Source of the DNA: Mobula hypostoma
Taxonomy: Eukaryota
Length of the DNA: 64,000 bases
Direction of reading: 5' to 3'
NCBI RefSeq assembly: GCF_963921235.1
Contig: NC_086119.1
Coordinates: forward strand, 25,172,001 to 25,236,000
Position numbers and translations under genes: made by a program. How positions within the stretch are numbered: the stretch's first letter is position 1; the number at the start of each line of letters is the position of its first letter. Shown in pieces: positions 40,631 to 53,115 of the stretch. The notes beneath the pieces were generated by a model. That model did no database searches and was not told the DNA's origin. It was given only the letters and a program-made list of their open reading frames with translations.

Positions 40631-41499
40631 GTTTTATTTGTTTCAATGTTCAGTGCTTTATATAGAGAGGCGATTACTCTGCTATAATTGCATCGAAACT
40701 TGTGGATTCAAAAGTTAGAGAAGTAATTTCTCTTTAGCCTCAAACTTTAATACTCTGTGCCAAGGTGATGTAATTCTAAAAATGCGTACAGCGAATTATT
40801 CCTTTTGAATTTCGATTTTGCAAACACAACGGACCCATTAATACAAATTTAGCAATAATCGTTCATTGTAACATTTATCTTGGCTTCCTTCCAGTTGTGA
40901 GGAAGTCTTGTTTTGTAGTTTCCGGAGAGAAGCGGGGGGATGACGGTTTGAGATTGAGAAATTTAGAGCAGGCAAGGACAAAAGGTGGAGGGAAAGGCCT
41001 CTTTTCTATGCGGCAGAAAACAGAACGAGGAGGAAGTTGAGGGAAATACAGTCAGTGAGTTCACATCTCCAGAATCCCATCCGTTAATCCTGCATCTCTC
41101 TCTTATTTTCAAATGAGAGAGATTTTCCTGTGGAAAATGCTGAGTAGGATTATGCCAACAAGAGCTGGATAACCGAGTTTAGAGACTTCAGTTGCCCAGC
41201 ACGCAGGCTGAAGGCGGATTTAGGGAGAGTGGTTTATATAGAGCTGCATTTTGCTGCCGGTAAATTGCAACCAACAGTTGGCAATCTGACTGGGATACCG
41301 GCGCACGTGATAGTAACAAGGGGGAAAGATTGCAGATGTGCCCCTGCATAGGCGATTCATTGCGCTCAGCAACTCTGCCCTGTTTTGTATTCATTTTAAT
41401 GGCTATATTGACTGGAATTTTCCCAACATGGAGAGTTACTTTAGACAACACGTATGTGTATTAAGAAGGGTATGGTCTTTGATGTTAACGACTTGAAAA

Positions 41500-42335
41500 A
41501 CATAAGAAAGAGAAGCGAGAGTAAACCGACCCGTTGTGCCTTCTCCATCGTTCAATAAGATCTTTTACCTGTGTGCACTAATGCCGGGTACCCAGATCCA
41601 GTTAATATTGAAAACTCTGTCAGTCTCTGAATACATTCAGTGACTGAGATTACATGGGTTGAGTGTTACAAAGATTCACACAATCTGGATGAAGTTTCTT
41701 TGTACTTAGCACTGAACAGCTAGCTCCTTGTTTAAAGCCTATGGTCCGCTTCTAGATTCTTCAGCCAGGGCAACCTCATTCCTGCATCCATCCTGTCAAG
41801 CTCTCTAAGTATACTTAAATGAAGTCACCTCTCACTTGGAGAGATGCATGCCTTTTCTGCATACTTTTTTCTCATTGATCAAACACCGATTTGGAGATTC
41901 TTTGTTGCATCCTCTCTATTGCAAGGGTAAGAGGACTAGACCCTTACACAGTGACTAAAGAAATTCCTCCTCATCTCCAGTCTAAAAGGATGCCCCTCTA
42001 TTCTGAGGCTATGTCATCTGGTCTTAGACTCACACACCATAGGAAACATCTCCTCCACATCCACTCTATCAAGGCCTTTCACCATTTGATAGGTTTCAAT
42101 GAGGTCTTTTGAATTCTAGTGAATACAGGCCCAGAGCGATCAGATGCTCTTCATATGACAAGTCATTCAATCCTGGAATAATTTTTGTGAACCTCCTTTG
42201 AACCCTCTCCTGTTTCAGCACATCCTTTCTAAGACAAGGGGCCCAAAACTGCTCACAGTACTCCAAGTGAGGCCTCGCCAGTGCTTTATAAAGTCTCAAC
42301 GTTACATCCTTGCTTTTATATTCTAGTCCTTTTGA
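41500..42335 (-). mobile_element. CR1 fragments
   Basis: ORF 42096-42398 (LYKALARPHLEYCEQFWAP...ERVQRRFTKIIPG). Confidence 0.8.
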
Positions 42336-42444
42336 TTGTAGGATTCCCTGAAAGCAAAGACAGGTTGCATCTTTCATGTCACTTTCAGGACATCCCAAAT
42401 GTTTTACGCTCTGAACTACAACAGAAGTTCAAGTTGTGTTGTAA

Positions 42445-42745
42445 TTTTTATTTATTTAACGATACGGGGCACAGTAGGCTCTTACAACCCTTCAGCTGCA
42501 CCGTCCCAGCAACCCCACAACCCCGATTAAACCTGACCTAATCGTGGGATAATTTACAATGACCAATTAACCTACCCGGTACGTCTTTGGACTGTGGGAG
42601 GAAACTGGGGCGCTCGGGGAAAATCCATCCATTCCACGTGGAGGAAATACAGAGACTCCTGATGGAACGATGTTGAAATTAAACTCTGAACTCCGAATGC
42701 CATGACCTATAATTGTATCATGCTAACCGCTACACTACCAAGACA
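42445..42745 (-). mobile_element. V-SINE-like element
   Basis: Reverse strand has gtagtgtagcggttagc head, cccagtttcctcccacagtccaaagacgtac core and aataaataa tail. Confidence 0.75.
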
Positions 42746-42844
42746 CCCATGGTAATGCAAGAAGCACAACACCTAATTTACAGGTACAGGTTCTCATGAA
42801 CACTGGCATGATAATGGCCAGATAATATGTTCAAGTGATATTAA

Positions 42845-43020
42845 GATGAAGATAAATATTGCTCAAGGCTGTGGGGATAGGTCCTCTACCCTTCTACAGA
42901 GTACCACCATGGAATCTCTTCAGGAAGAGTAGATGTGGGTCCGGTTCAACATCCGATCTTAAACTGCACCACTAATAAAGCAGCATTCCCTCAATTTTGC
43001 ACTGCTGTGTCAGCCTTCTT
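42845..43020 (-). mobile_element. Deu-domain SINE remnant in the RAB34 5' intron
   Basis: Reverse strand aggctgacacagcagtgcaaaattgagggaatgctgc...gttgaaccgg...ccatgg...caatatttatc resembles the Deu consensus as I recall it. Confidence 0.6.
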
Positions 43021-44004
43021 ACTTGTTCATAGACAGTGATGTTAATGAAAATTCTGGGACTTGTTAAACACCATGAACTGCTGCTTGCTGGGCCAGTTCA
43101 GACGATAGTTGGGGGTAGCGGCACCAATCTGTCTGAAGTTGCACTTGGCCCTAACTGGATGAGAACCAAATATTTCCTTTCTTGATTTACATAAGGGAAC
43201 CAGATGTATTATTTGGAGCTCAGAAATGCATTTTCTAATGACATGAATATCTTTTTGTAACTAATTAGCGAACCAGATCAGTTGTTATAATTGCCAGTGG
43301 TGCCCAAGAGTATTGCAAGTGTGCCTAATGTAGCTACAGTGTCACAAAGGGGAGAGAGCTTCTACATTTTCATTGCCAGCCACACCATCTTGGTGCCGTT
43401 GCTTCTCAAAGCAATTCCACTTGAGTATATCTGAAGAAATTAGAGACCAACTCTGAATTAATTGCAAAATTTGGTTTTCAACATTGTTATGTCATTGGTA
43501 AATAATTGTCGATGAATGAAGATTTATTATGATTAGCGATATGAGATATGAAGAAATGAATATTGTATTGACCCACCCTCTGTGTGTGGCCTTTGGGATT
43601 CCATGACACCAGCAATGGACTGGAAATAGAGAAGAAACCATTTAATAATTATTGCTCTAAAGTAAAAAAATTCGAATTGTTGGCTGGTGATAAAGGCCCA
43701 AGGTCTTGTCTCATTAGATTATGGCCTTACCCAGTAAGTAAAAAAAAAACAAAATTTTCACAAAGACACAGAGAAATAGGCACAGGTTAATCACTCCTAA
43801 AACCTATTCTCTCATTCAGTGCGATCTTTGCTGACCTCTGACCTCGGATGCATAAGCTCTGTAGTATTTGATCCATAGTTGTTGTTAGTTTTTCCCCTCT
43901 GAATGTTTTAAGGAACATGTTAATCCTTTGGAAAAATACTTCCTGATTACATACATTTAATACACTTAATGGTCAATATTTAATTTTAAGGTTATACTGT
44001 TTTA

Positions 44005-44340
44005 GAACATAGAATAGTACAGCACAGTACAGGCCCTTCGGCCCACAATGTTGTGCCGACCCTCAAACCCTGCCTCCCATATAAGCCCCCACCTTAAATT
44101 CCTCCATATACCTGTCTAGTAGTCTCTTAAACTTCACTAGTGTATCTGCCTCCACCACTGACTCAGGCAGTGCATTCCACGCACCAACCACCCTGAGTAA
44201 AAAACCTTCCTCTAATATCCCCCTTGAACTTCCCATCCCTTACCTTAAAGCCATGTCCTCTTGTATTGAGCAGTGGTGCCCTGGGGAAGAGGCACTGGCT
44301 ATCCACTCTATCTATTCCTCTTATTATCTTGTACATATCT
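44005..44340 (-). mobile_element. Young CR1 3' end
   Basis: MYKIIRGIDRVDSQCLFPR..TRGHGFKV..RGRFFTQ; 3' UTR nearly identical to 24482-24570. Confidence 0.88.
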
Positions 44341-45153
44341 TGAATAGATTGCTTCTCAATTTCCTTAACCAAGGCTGTGCAGTCCAGTCTCATAATCTGA
44401 CACTCCCACCCCTTCCCCTGAATTGCCCTGGTGATATTGTTTCCTATAACAGTATATCTTGTGATGTACCTCCCCAACTATGCTAAAGAAAAGGCAAGGT
44501 TGTTGCCCGATGCACAACAGGTATGGAGAGGAACATTTTTTTAACCTCTCCAACTGGTTTACTACAAAGCTATAAAAACAAAGAGCTGCAAATATTCCAT
44601 AGGCCAAGCAGCATTTGTGTTAATAGTTCAGATTATCAGAATCTTTCTGATGAAGGTTGTATGATGTGTAACATTAATCAGGTTTTTCTCACTGTAGATT
44701 CTGTTCGACCTGCTGGTCAATTCCAGTACCTTTGGATTTTCTTTCTGATTTCCAGCGTCTGCAGTTTTTCTTTCTATTTTTGCTTCAAATTGTTCCACGC
44801 TATTCTTTTCCCGAGATTTTTTTTCTTTCCCAAATTAAACTTCATAATTTGCTACAGTGGGGTTTAAAGCCACAACTCCAGAGATGCTGAACTGGTACTC
44901 TAATCACTCAGCTGCCATAGAACCTATTAGTGCCCTATTCTTAGACATTGGTTAATTACTTCATTCATTCAGAACGTGATAATAGTCTATTTTATATTTT
45001 ATATGATGGGAGCTTAGTTAGAGAATAAAGAATGAAAGATGACTGTTGTAGCATAGATTTCGCAGAGCAGCTTTGTGAATTAAATCACTTTTCATCATTC
45101 AAAGAACTCACTTTTTAAAAAATTACTTTTTCTTCTCAGAGGAAATACCAACA

Positions 45154-45207
45154 ATGAGTGTCCTTCCACCAGTCAGAAGAGACCGAATTATACCAGAGCT
45201 ACCCTCG
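45154..45207 (+). CDS. RAB34: RAB34 first coding exon (MSVLPPVRRDRIIPELPS)
   Basis: Acceptor ttttcttctcAG at 45138-45139; ATG at 45154; GTAAGG donor. Matches the RAB34 N-terminal LxPVRRDR motif; RAB34 also neighbours RPL23A in human. Confidence 0.93.
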
Positions 45208-48200
45208 GTAAGGTAGTCTTTTATCTACCGCTTGGACCATCATTCACACTTTTCTAAGTTTAAGATGCCATACACTACAAGACACAATACAACAAATGGC
45301 TGAACAATAAAGTGTTCACTTTGGTATGATTGCAGGTTTGTTGGAATTGGTGACATTAGTAATTCCACTAGCTTTCTGATTGGCTAAGTTCCAACTAATC
45401 ATAAAATGGGATAAATTCCAGAAATCTAACTTTTTACAGGGCACAGAGTGCAAATCAGATTCACCTCCACCATGGTGGGAGCTGCTCTCCATATTCCCTC
45501 ACAATACAAAAGAATTTCTTTCAGCCATTTGAGTCTATGCTCAATAATTTTCCCCTTAACTTATTCCTTCCACCTTCCCCTGATGTCCCCCAGATTCCAC
45601 AGCCACCTTGCTTGAGGAAATTCAGGGTGACCAGTTAATCTACCATCCTACCCATCGTTGGGGATGTGAGAGGAAATCAGAGCACCTGGAGGAAACCCAC
45701 ATGGTCATAGGGAGAATGTGCATTGAGCGCAGGTGACTGGCAACATGAAGGGGCACATACTAGCCCTGGCAATATGCTGCCTTGTTTTTTTAGGTCCTTG
45801 ATTCGCACATTAATAGCAGGATCTCCACAAGGTTATTCCTTTGGTTAATTTACTGACATCAAGCTAAGCACTGGGAACTGGTGGTGATACATATTTGTCC
45901 TCTGATTTTGCACAATATGCAAAGTGCATAAACTCGCTTGAAGTTTTAAGAACAGAATCCAGGCATTTTCAATACTATATCACATGTTTAGTGTAGACAA
46001 CAGAGGACAAATTACAGCTTACCATGTTGTAGTGGATGTCTATGAACACTGGAACGTGGCTAACTGAGTACAACGTGGTCCTAATTATGTTGTGAACGGA
46101 TAAATAACAATCAAAAAGTTTATATATAAATATTGTGACTATATGTGTCTATCAGATTATATCTAATGACAATGCAAGTAATTTTCAAATTAGTTGAAGT
46201 AGGAATGTCTGTAGATTTGCATTCTCTCAAAAAAGTGTTAAATTGGTTTATTATTGTGTATCAAGGTACAGCTTTCTTGCCTACTGTCCATACAGATCAA
46301 TTTGTTACAAAAATGCATTGAGGTAGTTCAGGGTAAATCTACAAAAGTGCAGAATATAAAGTGTTACAGTTACAGAGAAAGTGCACTGCAGGTAGATAAT
46401 AAAATGCAGGCTGGTACAATACTGCATCTCTCTCTGTGCGAATGCCAAATTATCAGCAGATATACAGCCATGGTGCACCACATCTGGTCCAGGGAATGAG
46501 TCTGTCCAGCCCAAATACTATATTGTCCTAGTTCTGCCTTTTCAACACTGACTCACCCCAGTGCCAATGGTCTCCAGGGAAGTCTTGAGAAAATATGTAG
46601 TCTGTGATGTCATCGGGGAAGTGTCTGGGCGCCAGGAAACACTGTCTTTGAGCTGAAGCTTTGGGTCTTAGGTGTAACTCCTCTGTCTGCTCTGTAAATA
46701 TGGGGTCCAGATTCTCATTGCCCTGCATAACTCATGCTCCAAAGCTCAGGATCCACCCGATGTTCTGGGCTGATCAATAGTCTATTTGATACTGGCACCT
46801 TGGGCTAGAGATTCAGGGACAACAGCAAGCCCACTCTAATCTGTTTAGGTTTAGTTGAGATCCATGTCCCTGTCCAGCTCAGTGTACAGCACTGATGGAC
46901 ACTGATGTGGAAAGGAACTCCAGAGATATGGTAAGTGGAGCATCCGGTGGGGGGCATAGTCGGGGACAGTGAGAATCTTGGATTGAGTGTCTTCAAGGAT
47001 GTTAAAACATTGCTATCAGGGTTAAAATAAAATGGTTTCCTATATGTGACAATGGGAGTGGTTCAGACTGTCAACATGACCCACCTCTCAAACTAAGTTG
47101 TACACGACTCATTTGTAACCTATGGATTACAAGTGGCAAAAGCTGCTTATTAAAATAAGTGAACTGACATTATCTGCTTCCATCTTCAGTACACTATATG
47201 AAATTGAATTGTGCGTTTATATAAGGAATACTTTACATTACAAAATGCTCCACCTAACAAATCCCAGTGCTAGGGAAGAATTGTCTTTTTTTGTTATTTC
47301 ATTTGATATTAGGAATTCAGATGATCATATTGTCCAGTTGGTGTTAGAGATTGATTTGTGTGCCTGTAAATGTATCCCCAGGTAAACCATTGAGGCTTCC
47401 TACATTGAATCAATTGAATTATTGAATCAAAGCAAACATTATATGTAACATCAATACATTGCTAATATGTACTCCATTTCAGGGAAGCAGATTTGTTTGT
47501 TAAATGTATTCTAGGAGAAAAAGAAAAAGAAAAAAATAGTTTTACTTATCTGTACTGTACAGCACGTATACCGAGACATGTAGTAAAATGTCTCATTTGT
47601 GTCAGTGACCAACACAGTCCAAATATGTGCAGAATTGCACATAAAATGTGTGTGTGTATATATGAAATATGTTATATGATTGCTAGAAATACTCACTGTT
47701 TATAGCCTCAAATGCACCTGGGTGGGGAGGGGGGATTGTCGCTGTGAAACTGCACCTCCAGCAGGATTCTGCACTTTCACTTTCAGGAGTGGAAAAAAGA
47801 AAAAGAAGCTAAATTGTAAAATGGAAGAATTAACTGAACATGAAAGAAGACTCACAAAGACCAAAGAATGAGTCAAAAGTCTCAAAGTTTGGAGAGAACA
47901 CTCAACAGCTTTAGCCCACATGTATAGGGTCTCTATCAATTTCTCTTTATAAACTTTTGCAAGTGACTTTGCAGCAAATAAATTTATACAAAAATTTGAA
48001 AACTAACCTGTCAATATAAATATAAACCCTTGAATTACCTATTTCTCTCTGCTCCTAAGAGACTTATGGGTACTAAGGGACTCGAGGGCTATGGGGATGG
48101 TACAGGAAGATGGTACTGAGATTTTAGGAATGGCAGAGTGACACTGAAGAGTTTAAAGGCCTACTCATGGTTCCACTTCTTACATGATTAGTTATCAAAA

Positions 48201-50338
48201 CAGCTGGGAAAGGATTCTTAGATAACTATGCCATACATTCATGTAACTCGAGTTGTTTGCAATAATTTCAACGCTCTTGCTTATGGTTTTGTTAAAATTG
48301 ATCAAGAAAATTAAAAAGCCCGAAGATTTAGCTTAGTGGGTGGCAAAATGTGAACTGCACCCTTTGAGAAGTTCTATATGTCTGAGCATGAACTGAATTT
48401 AATGATTGCTAACAGCAATTTTACTTCAGTCACAATACATTGCATTTGTGGAATAGCCTTGGCTTTCATTCACATTTAGAAAGATTCGCAATGCTTTATC
48501 AAAGAGACTTTTTTGGCATTGAGGTTGTTGTTAAGACTTGTCACTCAAAATGAAACTTTTCTCACTTGCCAGAAGGCTCCTTCTACATAAATTTAGCTGT
48601 GATATTACAGCCAAGGCTATTTATTTTTGTGTGGTCTGCCTAAAGCATCAAAGCTTTAAAAATGAAAGGCAGCTAACATGCTGGAAATCTGAAATAAAAG
48701 CAGAAAATATTAGTAGCATTGGCCAAGTTGGGCAGCATCTGTGGAAGGAAAAACAAAGTTATTTTTCTCGGTCATAGACAATTTTTTGGTTTTCCTGAAT
48801 GTGAATTTGCCGTGAATGCAACAGTAAATGAAAATTAACAATCTGTGCTTGTTGGACATCTGAAATAAAAGAGGAAGATGTAGTAATATTTAGCAGATTA
48901 GGTAGCATATTGACTTTGTTTATCTTTCCATAGATGCTGCCTGACCTGCTGAGCCTTATCACCATGCTTTGCTTTCATAACAACAAAGTTTTAGCAGAAT
49001 TTAGTATTATAGTTACTATTACCACTTCCCACAGTTATATACAGAATAAGCTATGATTGTGCAAAGTAGAAATTACACAATCTATATAATTGTTAACCAT
49101 GAGTTTCAAGGAGACCCTTGTTTATCATAAATCCTTAATAGCTGTTTGAATTGCATTTTTTAAATTTAATTGAGATGTTTTACTGATACAGCTAGCTATT
49201 TCATTTAAAAACTGGGATTGCTGAGCAGATATTAAATGGAGTAGGAATATTGAAACCTAGATCAGGAGAGAGTAGACCACAGATTGGTGCTAGAAGATTC
49301 TTATAGAATGGAGGTTGCCACAATAGTGCTACTTGATTTGATGACCAAATTATATGCAAAAGTTGGTGAACAATTATCGAAATGTGTCTGTCAGCAGAAG
49401 ACACTGAACTATGACTGAGCCAGAACAATGAAATGTAAACCCAGTAAGTTTTCACAGACATGGTGCTTCCAGCACACTTTTTTCATGTAGCAATCTTATG
49501 GAAATAATATGTTGACATAAGACAGCATATAGACTGCATCAGCATTATGCGTAGACTGTGGTAATAACCATTTGACTCAACTCATTCATGAATTAGTTGC
49601 ACTAACTTGAACTCTAGTCAGAAATTTTTTTATATCTCTGTTTATGTAGAATGAATTAAAAAAGGTTGAAATTAGTGATGATGAAGGATTGCTGAGGACA
49701 GCATTAAAACCAGGTCTTCAGACGCTGTCACCATGTCTAGACAGGACAACACTTTCAGACACTCACCTTTTTATTGCAAATTGCATTAAAGCTCATTGCA
49801 TGTGTTTTAAGGTTGCAAAAATATTTCAGAATCCCGCTCCCCCCCCCCAACTTTCTGTGTTTGTGTGGCAGGGGTTGTTAAAATCCGCAAAGTAACAGAA
49901 AATAAGTTACGAATGGTGATAACATGAATGTTCTCTCTCAATCTGCACAGCCAGTTATTTTCTAATTTGTATATCGCTCAATGCTTCTTTCCAATTTTAT
50001 CACTTCTTTCCTGAAGCGAGTGTCTCAGTTAACCATTAAGATGCTTATTCACGTGGCCGCACTTTTTGTAGGAGTGCAGGTGGTTCATGTCAGCTCTTCG
50101 GTCAACTGAGGAGGGGATCAGGACCAGCCTAATCCTGTTCTGGTAATGACCTATAGCTGATACTAGATAGTGAACAAGAACAGAAAACCACTGATTGCTT
50201 TTGTTGCATTTTTAGTCTGAGGATATTGATCTGTTGCTCCCCACAACTCAACTCCATTCAGTCCAGTTTATTTGAAGGCAACTTTCAAATGTAAATAAGA
50301 ACACAACTTTACTGTGATTTGTCACTTTGCTATTTCAG

Positions 50339-50430
50339 TGTTTCACAAAGGAAGCAGCCCTCCACACAAAAGACATATTCAACCCCAAAGTGAAGCGTGC
50401 CTGCCACGATGACCGGACAGGAACAGTTGG
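50339..50430 (+). CDS. RAB34: RAB34 second coding exon (CFTKEAALHTKDIFNPKVKRACHDDRTGTVG)
   Basis: 92 nt, in frame with the previous exon; tatttcAG / GTAGGT; matches RAB34 KEAALH...RTGTVG. GTPase-domain exons not found in the window. Confidence 0.94.
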
Positions 50431-50769
50431 GTAGGTCCTTTCTAAAAACTTTCAATCAGCTCTCATGAATGGATGTGGCCTATAAACTTCAAAGTAAATG
50501 TAATTATATCTCTGAACTTGGTGAGAACAAATCCAATGTTTAGTAAGTTCCTTCTGTGAATATTTTAGCCACTAGCAGACTGCTATAGCGTTGGCTGAAT
50601 AAAAAAAGTGTATGTGGTGAGATCAAGGAAGTTGCTCTTGAGGTGGTGTGCCCAGTTGATCTCACAAACGTTAGATGAATTAATTCAAAGTTTTATTACT
50701 TCCAGATTTTGATCATTTTTTTAAATGTAAAGGACCAAAGCAAGCAATCTAGTCTAGGTGTTCTTACTA

Positions 50770-51570
50770 AAATCAAAGTCATGTTTGTTGCCGTACACAC
50801 AAGTAAATATATGTAGAGGTTCAATGAAAAACTTACTTGCAGCAGCAGCACAGGAACATTGCATCATACAAGCAGCAGTCACAGGATAAACATAATTTAT
50901 ACACAACTTTTACAAGCAAGAACACTATTAGGATAAATATAAAGACCATTGTGGTGCAAAGTGGTTGCTATATTGAGGTAGTGATTCGGGTTGTGCAGGT
51001 TGGCTCAAGAACCAAATGGTTGAAAGGAAATAACTGTACCTGGTGGTGTGAGACGTCAGGCTTCTGTACTTGCTACCTGATGGTAACTGCGAGAAGATGG
51101 CATGGTGCACATCTTTGATTATAGATTTTGTCTTCCTATGGCAACACTTCAGAAATTGCTACAATTGGTGGAGAGGAATTCATGAATGATATATTGGGCT
51201 GAGTACAACACTCTTTGTAGCTGCTTGTGTTCCCGTGTATTTAATTTACCTAGTGCCTGGACTCAGGACATCTTATCTGACCTGCAGAGAGGGGCAAAAG
51301 ATCTAGTTGGGTACCAATATCCATAGGTAGAACTGGGAAAGGGGTTCTGCTGAAGGAATTTGAGGAGCTAAGGACTAAATTAAAAGCAGAAACAAAAAGG
51401 TCGTAATCTTTGGATTGCTACCTGAGCCAGGTACAAATTGGCACAAGGTCAATGTGATTAAAGATTTAAATGCATGGCTCAAAAAATGGTGTGTGAGAAA
51501 AGGATTTGAATTTGTGGAATATCGGCTGGGGTATTAGGAAAGAGGGAATTGTTCTGATGAATGGGCTGAT
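50770..51570. mobile_element. Rex1-type 3' fragment (-) followed by a CR1 ORF1 esterase-like remnant (+)
   Basis: FSQLPSGSKYRSL on the minus strand; GTN...LLKEFEELRTKLK...VIFGLLPEP on the plus strand. Confidence 0.6.
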
Positions 51571-51698
51571 ACTTTTCTCTCTGGATCCCATTCATCTGCC
51601 TTCTCTCCATAACCTTTGATGCCCTTACTAATCAAGAACATATCAACTTCTACTTTAAAGATACCCAATGTCTTGACCTTGGCCTCCACAACCATCTA

Positions 51699-51759
51699 CA
51701 GTACTGTGTAAAAGTCTTAGGCATGTGTGTGTGTGCCTAAGGATTTTCCACAGGTACTG
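51699..51759. mobile_element. Tc1/mariner-type mini-MITE (two TIRs around a TG microsatellite)
   Basis: TA|CAGTACTGTGTAAAAGTCTTAGGCA (TG)n TGCCTAAGGATTTTCCACAGGTACTG|TA. Confidence 0.7.
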
Positions 51760-52419
51760 TATTTGTCAGCGTGGTGTGGAGGGTGAATTTGTAAATCTGG
51801 TAGGAGCAAAGGATATTAGGATGGTGAGGGTGGAGAACAATGGGCGGGGTGTAGAAGAGGTGGCAGAGAAGGATTGCCAGGAGTGGGGTAGGGATGGTGG
51901 TGTGGGTGCAGACATACCCAGCCCTGAGACACCAGGCAAGCTCATTTGCTTCCTAACAACGAGCTTACTGATCTTTACAGAATGTCTCCTTGGTGCTTCC
52001 ATCTCTTTCCTCTTTCTCTACCCCCTTCCCACTCTCGGTCCACAACAGAGACCCATATCAGAATCAGGTTTATCATCACTCCTATATGTCATGAAATGTG
52101 TTTTATTTTTTCATGGCTGCAGTGCAGAATTAGAATCAGGCTTAATATCACTAGCATATGTCATGAAATTTGTTATGCTGAAGTATATTGCAATACATAA
52201 TAAAAATTGTAACTACAGTAAGAAGTGTGTGTGTGTGTGTATATATGATATAAAGTTAAATTAAATAAGCAGTGCAAAAAGAGAAAATAATGGTAGGTAG
52301 TGTTCTTGGGTTCAATGTCCATTCAGAAATCTGATGGCAGAGGGGAAGAAGCTAACATCAGGAACATTATTTAACCAAATTTTTATGGACTACAAATCAA
52401 TAAAGAGAAAGAACTTTTA

Positions 52420-53115
52420 ACTTCATCTGCCCATTCACCTCCATTCAAGGCCCCAAGCAGTCCTTCCCGGTGAGGCAACATTTCACCTGCGAATCTGCTA
52501 GAGTCACCTATTGTGTCCAGTGGTCCTGAAGTGGCCACCTCTACTTTGGTGAGACCTGTCGTAAATTGGGGGACTGCTTCGCCAAGCTCCTTCACTCCAT
52601 CTGCCGAAAGCAAACTGCCCGCTGGCCAAACATGTTAATTCCGATTCCCATTCTTGTTCTGGCACGTGGGTCCATGGCTTCCTTGTGCTGAGATGAGGCA
52701 ACCCTGAGGCGGGAGGAGCAACATCTTATATTCTGTCTCGGTGGCCTCTAATCCGATGGCATGAATATCAATTTCTCCTTCCAGTAAAACATTTTCCCCT
52801 CCCCCTCCCCTCTTCTATTCCTCACTCTAGCCTCTTACTTCTCTCATCTGCCTATCACCTCCCCCATGGGTTCCCTCCTCCTTCCCTTTCTCCTATGGTC
52901 CACTCTCCTGTCCAATCAAATTCCTTCCTCTCCAGCTCTTTACCTTTCCTACCCACCTGGATTCACCTATCACCTTCCAGCTATCCTCCTTCCCCTCCTC
53001 CCAGCCTTTTTATTCTGGCGTCTTCCCCCTTCCTTTCGGCCAAAAATGTTGTCTATTTATTCATTTCCATAGATGCTGCCTGACCTGCCGAGTTGCTCCA
53101 GCACTTTGAGTGTGC
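52420..53115 (+). mobile_element. Penelope-like element (GIY-YIG region and terminal repeat)
   Basis: Homologous to 22225-22880 and 3780-4231; hammerhead region partly deleted. Confidence 0.82.
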
